DNA of 28,937 nt, taken from positions 1 to 28,937 of the forward strand of contig JBJKQR010000070.1 of NCBI GenBank assembly GCA_046735395.1. The letters run 5' to 3'. Below are positions 18,500-28,202 of the stretch, in pieces. The stretch's first letter is position 1. Each line of letters starts with the position of its first letter. The notes beneath the pieces were generated by a model. It was not told the origin of the DNA. It did no database searches and saw only the letters and a program-made list of their open reading frames with translations. The stretch is from Fidelibacterota bacterium (lineage in GTDB: Bacteria > Fidelibacterota > Fidelibacteria > Fidelibacterales > DSDE01). The translations under genes were made by a program, and so were the position numbers.

Positions 18500-19881
18500 T
18501 GCAATGCCTACGGTTCTGGTAGTTGGAGCGGGGCCGGCCGGCCTGACTGCGGCCTATCGCCTCAAACAGTATGGATACGACGTGAAGGTTTTCGAAAAAA
18601 ACAGCGAACCCGGCGGAGCCATGCGCACCATCCGGGCCAATGGTTTTCTGCATGAAACGGGGCCGAATACGATCATGGAAACCTCTCCCAGAGTGACGGA
18701 ACTGGTGAGCGACCTGGGACTGGACGGGGAAAAAGTATATGCCGATGACAGTTCGGGTATCCGTTATGTGGTGAAAAACCGCGTCATGCAGGCTCTGCCG
18801 ACGGGGCCGAAGGATTTTCTCACCTCACCGCTCTTCAGTAAGAAGACATTGATCGATCTGATTAAGGAAATTTTCAAACCCGCCTGGGATAATCGCTACG
18901 AAGAGAATCTGGAGCAGTTTGTGCTGCGGCGCCTGAACCATGAATTTCTGGATTATGCCATCAATCCCTTTGTCGCCGGTGTGTTTGCGGGATCCCCGGA
19001 CCGGGTTTCCGTCAAGCACGGATTCGGGAAGCTTTATCAGTTGGAACAGGAATACGGCTCCATGATCAAGGGCCAGATACTGGGAGCGAAAAAGCGGAAG
19101 AAAAACAAGGAAAAATCCAAGCAGACGGCGAAGATGTTCAGCTTTCGCAACGGGCTGGCGGCCCTGATTGAGGCGCTGGTCAGGCAGCTGGATACGGCAC
19201 CGGAATACGGACGGGAAATCCGTAAAATTCAGAAGGACGGGGACGGCCGTTACCATATCACTGATCAGGACGGACATCAGCACACCGGGGACGGGCTCCT
19301 GTATTGCGGGACAGCCCACTCTCTGGCGGGAATTGACGTGGAGGGCATTCCTGAGAAGGCTTTTGTTCCCCTGGAAAAGATTGTTCATCCGGCGGTGACC
19401 GTACTGACGCTGGGATTTCGCCGTGAGGATATCGGCCATTCTCTGAAGGGATTCGGCGTCCTGATTCCCGAAGTGGAAAAATTCAATATACTGGGCGCTC
19501 TGTTCAATTCCACACTGTTTCCCGGCCGGGCGCCGGAAGATACAGTCCTGCTCACTCTGTTCATCGGCGGGATGCGTCAGCCGGAGAAGGCGGTGCTGGC
19601 AGATGATGAACTTGTGAAAATGAGTCTTGAGGACCTGAATACGCTCGTTGAAGTGAAAGGCGACCCGGTGTACACACATATTATGCGCTGGGATAAGGCC
19701 ATTCCTCAGTATGAAGTGGGCTATGGCGCGAATAAGGAACTTCTCACCGCACTTGAGGCTGAGAATCCGGGGCTGTGGTTTGCGGGAAATTACCGAAACG
19801 GGATTTCGGCAGCGGATACGATTGTCAATGCCACGGAAACGGCAGAAAAGATTCATGACTTTTTCAGCAAAGGAGGCCAGA

Positions 19882-19889
<8 letters not shown>
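18492..19889 (+). CDS. hemY: FAD-dependent HemY-type (proto)porphyrinogen oxidase
   Basis: [12 protein letters not shown] motif, [33 protein letters not shown] and AGNYRNG. Confidence 0.92.
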
Positions 19890-20853
<964 letters not shown>

Positions 20854-20872
20854 AAATTATACAGGATATGCA

Positions 20873-22156
20873 ATGAAACGAACGGAATCTGAAAAATTAT
20901 TTGAACGAGCGGGAAAATCCATACCGGGAGGCGTGAATTCTCCCGTGAGAGCCTTTCGGTCTGTGGGCATGAAACCGCCCTTTATCCGGAGAGCGGAAGG
21001 CGCCTGGCTTTTTGACGAAGATGGGAATAAATATGTCGATTTTATCGGCAGCTGGGGCCCCATGATACTGGGGCACGGACATCCGGAAGTTCTGGATGCA
21101 GTCCGGGCCAAGCTGGCTGACGGAACCAGCTACGGAGCTCCGACACGCGCGGAGATTGAGCTGGCCGAAATGATCATTGACCGGGTCCCGTCTGCAGAGA
21201 TGGTCCGGCTGGTGAACAGCGGAACGGAAGCGACCATGAGCGCTGTCCGGGTTGCCCGTGCCGTCACGAAGCGCGACAAGATCGTTAAATTTGAAGGCTG
21301 TTATCACGGCCATGCAGACGGTTTTCTGGTCGCAGCCGGATCGGGAGCTCTGACCCTGGGCCAGCCCGATTCACCCGGTGTGACGAAAGCGGCTGCCGCG
21401 GATACGCTGCAGGCCCGTTTCAATGATATTGAAAGTGTGGAGACGCTGTTCAGACAATCCGGGGACCAGATCGCCTGTGTCATCGTGGAACCGGTAAACG
21501 GCAACACAGGGACCATTCCGCCGCAGGACGGCTTTCTGGAAGAACTTCGGGACCTCTGTCATCGTCATGGCGCCCTCTTTATTCTGGACGAAGTGATGAC
21601 CGGGTTCCGGGTCGCGCGCGGCGGCGCCAATGAACTCTATACGATTGACGCGGATCTCCTGACCTTCGGAAAAATTATCGGCGGCGGATTTCCCATCGGC
21701 GCCTATGCCGGCAAGGCCGAATATATGTCGCAGGTTGCTCCGGCCGGCCCGGTGTATCAGGCGGGAACGCTGTCCGGAAATCCCATTGCCGTGACGGCGG
21801 GTATCGAAACCCTCAAACGCCTGACACCGGAATTTTACCAGAATCTGGACGCGCTGTCACAGTCTCTGGAAAAGGGTATCCGGGATATCATGGCTTCAAC
21901 GTCCATTCCTCTGACTTTCAACCGTGTCGGCTCCATGTTCACGCTCTTTTTCAACGCCGGCCCCATCCGCAATACGACGGATGTGCAGAAATCCGATTTC
22001 GACCGCTTCAAGGCTATTTTCCGCTTCCTGCTGGACCGGGGATTTTATCTGCCGCCCAGTCAGTATGAAGCCGCTTTTCTGTCGGCCGCGCATACACCGG
22101 ACATGGTGAAAGATTTTCTGACGGCTCTGTCCGGGGCCCTGGCTGCGCTGGACTGA
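20873..22156 (+). CDS. hemL: Glutamate-1-semialdehyde 2,1-aminomutase
   Basis: PGGVNSPVRAF, NSGTEATM, FEGCYHGH, DEVMTGFR, GKIIGGG and QAGTLSGNP; start ATG 20873. Confidence 0.97.
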   Translation: MKRTESEKLFERAGKSIPGGVNSPVRAFRSVGMKPPFIRRAEGAWLFDEDGNKYVDFIGSWGPMILGHGHPEVLDAVRAKLADGTSYGAPTRAEIELAEMIIDRVPSAEMVRLVNSGTEATMSAVRVARAVTKRDKIVKFEGCYHGHADGFLVAAGSGALTLGQPDSPGVTKAAAADTLQARFNDIESVETLFRQSGDQIACVIVEPVNGNTGTIPPQDGFLEELRDLCHRHGALFILDEVMTGFRVARGGANELYTIDADLLTFGKIIGGGFPIGAYAGKAEYMSQVAPAGPVYQAGTLSGNPIAVTAGIETLKRLTPEFYQNLDALSQSLEKGIRDIMASTSIPLTFNRVGSMFTLFFNAGPIRNTTDVQKSDFDRFKAIFRFLLDRGFYLPPSQYEAAFLSAAHTPDMVKDFLTALSGALAALD

Positions 22157-22174
22157 TATAAGAATTTTTTAAAA

Positions 22175-22635
22175 TGGTTGGATTGTTTGCGGGTTGGCTG
22201 GTAGGCGGGCGGCGTGTTGATGCGTTGACGCGGTCATGCGAAGGAAGGTTTAGGTCAAGGTTGAGGCTGAGAAAGCAAAACACGGTCCTGCTATGAAAAA
22301 CGGGGCTACTCGTTACTGCTAATGCGTAGACGGGTAAATGAGTAGATGAGTATATGTGGAAGAAACGAGAAATTGCCCTGCTTTAAAAGCAGGCGATCCC
22401 GGTAATATCAACTTATAATCTTGTAGGGCTGTTTCAGGAGCCGGATATCGGCGACGCAAGCTTCCAACTTCCGGCTTCCAACTTCTTTCAACCGCGTCGT
22501 AGTTGAGCATGGCGAAACGAAGACGGGCTACTCGTTACTGCATTGCGGATCAAGCCCGCAATGACAGAGGGGTGACTGCTGGTTGGGTATGTGGTGTCAG
22601 AGTGCGGATCAAGCCGGCAATAACCGTCTGCAATG
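22175..22635. repeat. Intergenic mosaic of 6/7/8-mer tandem arrays, a 17-bp direct repeat and REP-like hairpins
   Basis: GGGCTACTCGTTACTGC at 22303-22319 and 22525-22541; TGCGGATCAAGCC(C/G)GCAAT at 22544 and 22603; CCTGCTTT-A-AAAGCAGG at 22377-22393; several short-period arrays. Confidence 0.75.
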
Positions 22636-22776
22636 ACAGTGGGGCAATCATGACAACCTGTTTTGCCGCACATTTTTTCGCAAAATCGAGGTGCGCGGGA
22701 ATAAATCCGGGAACATTTCTGTGATTTAATAGTAAATTTTCCCGGTTAAAATCGAAAGGAAACGGGAGATGAATCC

Positions 22777-23727
22777 ATGATACGCGTTGACAATCTAACC
22801 AAAGACTATGGCGACTTCCGGGCCGTGAACGGAATTTCATTTGATGTGAAAGACGGTGAAATTCTGGGTTTTCTCGGTCCGAACGGCGCAGGAAAATCCA
22901 CTACCCTGAAGGTGATGACCTCCTATCTGGCCCCCACATCCGGGAATGTTTTCGTGAACGACCTGAATGTGCTGGACAATTCCATGGAAGTCAGGGATCA
23001 GATCGGTTATCTGCCGGAGCTGAATCCGCTCTATCAGGAAATGAATGTCTATGACTTCCTGAAATTCATCGGGGAAGCCCGAAACATCACGGACAAAAAA
23101 TTTCGCAGCCGGCTGGCCGAAGTCATTGACCTTTGCGGCCTGAAGGGTGTGGTTCACAAGGATATCCGTGAACTGTCCAAAGGCTACAAGCAGCGGGTGG
23201 GTCTGGCTCAGGCCATTTTTCATGATCCGTCCATTCTCATTCTCGATGAACCGACGACCGGACTGGATCCGAACCAGATCGTGGAAATCCGCCAGCTGAT
23301 CCGGAATCTGGGCAAGGCAAAGACCGTCATCATTTCCTCGCATATTCTGCAGGAAATACAGGCGACGGCTCATCGCATGATCATCATCAACAAGGGGGAT
23401 ATCGTTGCCAACGGTACCATTGAGGAACTGATGGCTGATTTCAAGGGACGGACCCGCATCAACCTGGAAATTCTCAATGCCGGGGAAGATTCGGTTCGCG
23501 GTATACAGAATCTGAGTCCATCCCTGAAAATGACGGAAATTGATGTCCGGAAGGGCGGAAGCATTCAGACCGCCCTGGAATTTCCCAATACTGAAGATTT
23601 CCGGCAGCAGATTTTCGAATATGCCGTCAGGGAAAAATGGGTTCTCCTGGAAATGAGCCGGCATAAGGCCAGCCTGGAGGATGTCTTCAGAAATCTCACC
23701 GTGGAGGGAGGATCTGCAAATGCATAA
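22777..23727 (+). CDS. ABC transporter ATP-binding protein, GldA-like
   Basis: Walker A GPNGAGKS, signature LSKGYKQR, Walker B ILILDEPT..GLDPNQ, H-loop SSH and SLEDVF tail. Confidence 0.93.
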   Translation: MIRVDNLTKDYGDFRAVNGISFDVKDGEILGFLGPNGAGKSTTLKVMTSYLAPTSGNVFVNDLNVLDNSMEVRDQIGYLPELNPLYQEMNVYDFLKFIGEARNITDKKFRSRLAEVIDLCGLKGVVHKDIRELSKGYKQRVGLAQAIFHDPSILILDEPTTGLDPNQIVEIRQLIRNLGKAKTVIISSHILQEIQATAHRMIIINKGDIVANGTIEELMADFKGRTRINLEILNAGEDSVRGIQNLSPSLKMTEIDVRKGGSIQTALEFPNTEDFRQQIFEYAVREKWVLLEMSRHKASLEDVFRNLTVEGGSANA

Positions 23728-24433
23728 TATGATGAAAATTTACCGGCGCGAACTGGCCAATTACTTCTCTTCGCCGGTTGCCTATATTACACTGATCGTT
23801 TTCCTCCTGATCGGGGGATGGTTCTTTACGTCCACGTTCTTTCTCATCGGAGAATCGGACCTGAGAACTCTGTTCAACCTGGTACCCATCGTTTATCTCT
23901 TCTTCATACCGGCCATCACCATGAGTCTCATTGCCCGGGAACGGAGTGAAAACACGATGGAACTGCTGACCACCCTGCCGGTGACGGATGCCGATATTGT
24001 CTTCGGGAAATTCCTGGCAGCCATGACCCTGATCGCAACGGGCCTGGGCTTCACGCTGGTTCACCTGATTACCCTGTTCTTCATCGGGAATCATCTGGAT
24101 CTGGGTGCACTGATCTCCGGCTATATAGGCCTGCTGCTCGCCGGTGGCGTTTATGCCGCAGCCGGAACCTTCGGATCCTCGGTGACGAACAACCAGATCA
24201 CCGCCTTCATTATCTCCTTCCTCATCATTTTTCTCTTCTTCATCCTGGATAAATTTCTCATGTTCGTCCCGGCCTTCATGACGACCTTCCTGCAGTATAT
24301 CAGCATGGATTATCACCTGAGCAATATCAGCCGGGGCGTCATCGACAGCAGAAACCTCATCTACTTCTTCTCCGCCATCGCCTTTTTTCTGCTCCTCAGC
24401 ACGCGAATCCTTGAAATGAGAAAGTGGAGGTGA
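23720..24433 (+). CDS. ABC-2 permease, GldF-like
   Basis: RELANYFSSPVAY, PAITM, ER..TMELLTTLP, NQITAF and RGVIDSRN; start ATG 23720 after a GGAGG SD. Confidence 0.88.
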   Translation: MHNMMKIYRRELANYFSSPVAYITLIVFLLIGGWFFTSTFFLIGESDLRTLFNLVPIVYLFFIPAITMSLIARERSENTMELLTTLPVTDADIVFGKFLAAMTLIATGLGFTLVHLITLFFIGNHLDLGALISGYIGLLLAGGVYAAAGTFGSSVTNNQITAFIISFLIIFLFFILDKFLMFVPAFMTTFLQYISMDYHLSNISRGVIDSRNLIYFFSAIAFFLLLSTRILEMRKWR

Positions 24434-24436
24434 GAC

Positions 24437-25990
24437 ATGCCCGGAATTACCAATAAAAAACAATTTATTACCTATGTTCTCATCCTGGCGGCTATTGTGG
24501 TCATGGTCAATATCGTGAGCAGAAGCCTCTTTTTCCGCCTGGATTTCACCGATAACAAGATGTATTCCCTGTCCCGGTCGAGCAAGGACGTGATCGGAAA
24601 ACTGGACGACCGGATGGTGGCCAAGGTCTATTTTTCGAAGGATCTGCCCGGACAGGTGGCCAATGCACGGCGCTATCTGCAGGATATGCTGGAGGAATAC
24701 GAAGCCTATTCCAACGGGAATTTCCATTTCGAATTCATTTCACCCGATGACAACGAATCTGCACAGAATGATGCCCGTGGCTACGGAATTCCGCCCGTAC
24801 AGATGCAGGTGGTGGAGAACGACAAGCTGGAAATCAAGAATATCTACATGGGCCTGGTTCTGCTCTATAACGACAAAAAGGAAACCATTCCCATGGTACA
24901 GGCTGAAACCGGCCTGGAATATGATCTGACCATGGCCATCAAGAAGATCACGAGCAGCAGCACAAACAGTATCGCCATCGCGAACGGCAGCGGCAAGGAT
25001 GTATCCACCCAGAAACTCGCGGAAGTTCTGCGCAAGACCTACAAGGTCAGCAACCTGAATGTGGATAAAGCCATTCCTGTTGACAATAAAGTCCTGCTGC
25101 TGAACGGGTTCCGGGACAGCCTGAGCGAAGATGAACTGTATAATCTGGACCAGTACATCATGGCCGGCGGCAGGGTGATGATCTCCCAGGCACGTCAGGA
25201 CGCGAATCTGCAGCAGGGATATGCCTCGGATATTCACAGCAATATCTTCGATTTTCTGGCCCATTACGGAATCAGCATCGGCAAGGACATGATCATGGAT
25301 CAGAGCTGCGGACAGATTCAGATTCAGCAGAATCAGGGATTTTTCCGCATGGTGAATGCCGTGGATTATCCGGTGTTTCCGATGATCACGAATTTCAACA
25401 AGGATGCGCTCATCGTCAATGGCCTCGAATCTGCACGGCTTTTCTTTCCCAATGAGATCCTGCCGTCGGACAGCCTGGCATCCATGACCTGGCTGATGAA
25501 AACCAGTGACCATACAGGTGAACTCACCGGGCCCTACTACAATATTTATCCCCTGAAAAATCCGGCAATGAAGAATTTCAACCGGAAGGGGGCTGTGGTG
25601 GCAGCCGAGTTCAGCGGTTCCTATGACAGTTATTTCAAGACTAATCCCAAATATAACAGCAAGGCGGATTTCCGCTCCCATGTAGCCGATGCGAATATTA
25701 TCGTTATCGGTGACCTGGAATTCTTCAATGACAACCGGGCCGGAGGGGTGCCGGAAAATGTGGAATTCATTCAGAACGGAATCGACTATCTGAGCGGCGA
25801 CGCGGAGCTGGTATCCATCCGCTCCCGCGGTGTGACGACCCGGCCGCTGGATCAGGTCACGGACGGACAGAAGCAGTTCTGGAAATGGACGAATATCCTG
25901 CTGCCGGCGCTGCTGGTCATCCTCATGGGACTGTACCGGATGAAACACGATCGCGACAGACGGAAAATGCTGGAGGAAATGTATGGATAA
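24437..25990 (+). CDS. GldG-like ABC transporter auxiliary protein (N- and C-terminal TM anchors, extracytoplasmic domain)
   Basis: RLDFTDNKMYSLS, LEYDLT, LDQYIMAGG, N.EF..N.IDYLSGD..LVSIRSR and a terminal TM helix; GGAGG SD. Confidence 0.88.
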   Translation: MPGITNKKQFITYVLILAAIVVMVNIVSRSLFFRLDFTDNKMYSLSRSSKDVIGKLDDRMVAKVYFSKDLPGQVANARRYLQDMLEEYEAYSNGNFHFEFISPDDNESAQNDARGYGIPPVQMQVVENDKLEIKNIYMGLVLLYNDKKETIPMVQAETGLEYDLTMAIKKITSSSTNSIAIANGSGKDVSTQKLAEVLRKTYKVSNLNVDKAIPVDNKVLLLNGFRDSLSEDELYNLDQYIMAGGRVMISQARQDANLQQGYASDIHSNIFDFLAHYGISIGKDMIMDQSCGQIQIQQNQGFFRMVNAVDYPVFPMITNFNKDALIVNGLESARLFFPNEILPSDSLASMTWLMKTSDHTGELTGPYYNIYPLKNPAMKNFNRKGAVVAAEFSGSYDSYFKTNPKYNSKADFRSHVADANIIVIGDLEFFNDNRAGGVPENVEFIQNGIDYLSGDAELVSIRSRGVTTRPLDQVTDGQKQFWKWTNILLPALLVILMGLYRMKHDRDRRKMLEEMYG

Positions 25991-26510
25991 GAAAATCTGG
26001 ACCCGATATATCGTACTGCTGGCCGTATCAGCGCTTCTCGTGGTCTTTGTCACCCTGAGAAACCGGGGCTATAACGAAAAGACCAGTGACCTGGTAACGG
26101 TGAAGACCGAGGCGGTAACCGCCTTTGAAGTGACGAAAAATCCTTCGACAAGCTCAGGACAAGCCAAAAGCCTGCGAATCGAAAAAGCGGACAGTCTGTG
26201 GGTATTTGCCGCACCCGATACGGGCACTGTGGGCCAGCAGAAGGTGGACCGCTTCTTCAAGGCTCTGGACGGACAGAAGAACGGATTTGTCACCGACAAG
26301 GCTGAGAAATACGGACATTTCAATGTGGATTCCACCGCTGTTCATGTGAAACTCTATAGCGGCGATGCAGTCGGAACGGAATTCTACATAGGCCGTTCGG
26401 GGGCGAGCTACAGCTCCGATTATATCCGGTATCCTGCTGATCCGAAGGTCTACATGACTTCCGGAAAGGTATTGAATACAGTCAGTGAAAACGCAGCATT
26501 CTGGAGATAA
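25983..26510 (+). CDS. DUF4340-like membrane-anchored protein
   Basis: N-terminal TM followed by a beta-rich domain ending FYIG..Y.R...KVY......WR; this family typically follows gldAFG-like genes. Confidence 0.7.
   Translation: MDKKIWTRYIVLLAVSALLVVFVTLRNRGYNEKTSDLVTVKTEAVTAFEVTKNPSTSSGQAKSLRIEKADSLWVFAAPDTGTVGQQKVDRFFKALDGQKNGFVTDKAEKYGHFNVDSTAVHVKLYSGDAVGTEFYIGRSGASYSSDYIRYPADPKVYMTSGKVLNTVSENAAFWR
26142..26163. repeat. REP-like imperfect hairpin embedded in-frame in a CDS
   Basis: CCTTCGACAAGCTCAGGACAAG (minus strand CTTGTCCTGAGCTTGTCGAAGG), translated as PSTSSGQA. Confidence 0.65.
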
Positions 26511-26519
26511 ATTCCAGCG

Positions 26520-26543
26520 AAGCCGTTCCGTCGTGAACGGTTT
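26520..26543 (+). terminator. Hairpin after the ABC operon, possible weak terminator
   Basis: AAGCCGTTC-cgtcgt-GAACGGTTT (one G.U pair) with no separate U-tract. Confidence 0.35.
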
Positions 26544-26557
26544 CCGGAGCTGAATTC

Positions 26558-27592
26558 ATGGCCGCAATTCTGAATCTGATTCCGTGGCTGGGAATTCATG
26601 CGCTGCAGAGTATCAGGGCCGGCGAGATCCCTCTCCATCTGCCGGCCTTTTTCCTGTATCTGTCACTTCATTTTATAATACTTTATCATCTGAATCGGGG
26701 TCTGGCCATTCCTCTGATCCTCTATTCGCCGGATCAGACCATGATCCGGAGCGGACTCTATTACCGCAATTCCATATGGGCCGGCCTGGCTTCCCTCTCA
26801 CTTCTGTCCCTGATGAACGATGCTCTGATCCTCCTCTATCCCGATTCAGCCCTCCGGACAGACCGGATTATCCTGCTGTGGATCTTCACGGGGCTGTACA
26901 CGCTTTTTGCCATCCTGTACAATGCCTGGAAATATTCGGAATCCGAGGCGTCCACCTTTCCCGGCGGCCTGCAGGCCATTCTGAATCCGACGCGTCTCTT
27001 TACCAGCGTGACGATCGCGAACCTGTGCCTGCTGTTCGGAATCCTGAACCGGAAGCTGGGGCAGGGAGGAAGCCTGAGCATCTCACCGCAGCTGCTGACG
27101 GACAGCCTGAATTTCGTGATCAGCTATTTTGCCCCGAAATTATTCTTCTGGTTCGTACTGGCTTTCGCCGGAACCCTCATCATGCTGAGCCGGATCTTTC
27201 GAATGGATGCAGATATACGGACGACCCGACGGATCCTGGCATTCTATCTGGAGGCTTCGGCGCTGTTTCTGGTCTACAATTCGCTCATTTCAGCCCAGCA
27301 GCTGGTGGCGACGCGATCCACACTGTTCATGCTCTTTGCCTCCGATAGTCTGTTTTTGATTCTGGTATCTCTGCTGGCCCGGCTGCTGTCCGGACGGAGT
27401 GACGCAGCTGAGTCATTGAAGGACGCGGAGGACATCCATTTCAATGATGAGCGGATGCATGCGCGTATTGTTTATGTCGCCGCCACGATCATCCTTGCCG
27501 CTGCGCTATATATGGCGGCCGGCCTGGCTGCGGCCCTTCTGCTTGCTGTCGTTCTGATCCTGCCGCTCCTTGCCCGCAAAAGGGCATCCTGA
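26558..27592 (+). CDS. Hypothetical polytopic membrane protein
   Basis: 344 aa with about 9-10 hydrophobic segments; GGAG SD at 26546; no family recognised. Confidence 0.75.
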   Translation: MAAILNLIPWLGIHALQSIRAGEIPLHLPAFFLYLSLHFIILYHLNRGLAIPLILYSPDQTMIRSGLYYRNSIWAGLASLSLLSLMNDALILLYPDSALRTDRIILLWIFTGLYTLFAILYNAWKYSESEASTFPGGLQAILNPTRLFTSVTIANLCLLFGILNRKLGQGGSLSISPQLLTDSLNFVISYFAPKLFFWFVLAFAGTLIMLSRIFRMDADIRTTRRILAFYLEASALFLVYNSLISAQQLVATRSTLFMLFASDSLFLILVSLLARLLSGRSDAAESLKDAEDIHFNDERMHARIVYVAATIILAAALYMAAGLAAALLLAVVLILPLLARKRAS

Positions 27593-27605
27593 CCCGAAAA
27601 AAACA

Positions 27606-27634
27606 TTGATTTTAATAAATAAACCCGCTATTCT
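27606..27634 (+). promoter_or_regulatory. Sigma70-type promoter of the tRNA pair
   Basis: TTGATT-17 nt-TATTCT, ending 19 nt before tRNA-Cys. Confidence 0.65.
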
Positions 27635-27653
27635 TACAGGCTTTTTGAAACAA

Positions 27654-27727
27654 GGTGACGTACCCAAGTGGTCTAAGGGGGAGGTCTGCAAAACCTTTAT
27701 TCGCCGGTTCGAATCCGGCCGTCACCT
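27654..27727 (+). tRNA. tRNA-Cys(GCA)
   Basis: Acceptor GGTGACG/CGTCACC with U73 discriminator; anticodon arm GAGGT-CTGCAAA-ACCTT; T-arm GCCGG-TTCGAAT-CCGGC; CCA not encoded. Confidence 0.97.
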
Positions 27728-27816
27728 CTCGATATTTGAAATACAGACGTGAGTGCCTCTGCCGGCATCACAGATACGACACATACTTCATCACAGATCT
27801 TTGATATTTCCACCCT

Positions 27817-27900
27817 GCCGAAGTGGCGGAATTGGCAGACGCAAGGGACTTAAAATCCCTCGACTTTCGAGTCGTACCGGTTCGATTCCGGTCTTCGGTA
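27817..27900 (+). tRNA. tRNA-Leu(TAA)
   Basis: Acceptor GCCGAAG/CTTCGGT with A73; anticodon arm AGGGA-CTTAAAA-TCCCT; long variable arm GACT-TTCG-AGTC; T-loop TTCGATT; CCA not encoded. Confidence 0.97.
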
Positions 27901-27906
27901 CACGTT

Positions 27907-27948
27907 AAAGTCCTTGTAACTCAGTAGGTTACGAGGACTTTTCTTTTT
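27907..27948 (+). terminator. Terminator hairpin after tRNA-Leu
   Basis: AAAGTCCTTGTAAC-7 nt-GTTACGAGGACTTT (one G.U pair) followed by TCTTTTT. Confidence 0.8.
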
Positions 27949-27965
27949 GTGGACGATTTTAGGAA

Positions 27966-28202
27966 ATGTATCCAATGGGTCAAAAAAGGACATTCAGGGA
28001 CAGAGTTCTGCAGAATTTAGGCGGATTTTTTTCTCAAGTTATGTATCCAACCTTTATTCATGCGGATCAAAAATTCTCTCAAAGTATGCGAGAAATGTAT
28101 CCAAAACACAGCCAATGAAATGTATCGAAAAAGTTCTGGGAATAAAAAAAGCCGACAGCAAATTCTTTTTTTAGATATGAGATATACTATCGTGGTGGAT
28201 AC
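27966..28202. repeat. Dispersed ATGTATCCAA repeats at the island edge
   Basis: Exact copies at 27966, 28041 and 28095, a one-mismatch copy at 28120, and an inverted core TGGATAC at 28196. Confidence 0.7.

Noticed and set aside
19711..19881. N-terminal extensions in the ORF track for hemB (and hemD, hemL, the permease, trpR and the peptidase)
   Set aside because: Most overlap upstream genes or promoters; downstream ATGs match family N-termini and mostly have better SD sequences.
22303..22635. Possible CRISPR array
   Set aside because: Only two copies of each repeat, irregular spacing, repeats too short, and no cas genes.
22319..22840. Short ORFs (61-96 aa) in the hemL-ABC intergenic region
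   Set aside because: They are translations of repeats and hairpins (e.g. VIAGLIR twice) on both strands, without SD or family support.
24740..26053. Long antisense and alternate-frame ORFs (437 aa here; also 2126-3091, 11342-12271, 18825-19856, 22837-23664, 23696-24727, 26584-27348 and others)
   Set aside because: They lie over well-supported genes, have no recognisable motifs, and are expected shadows of biased codon usage.
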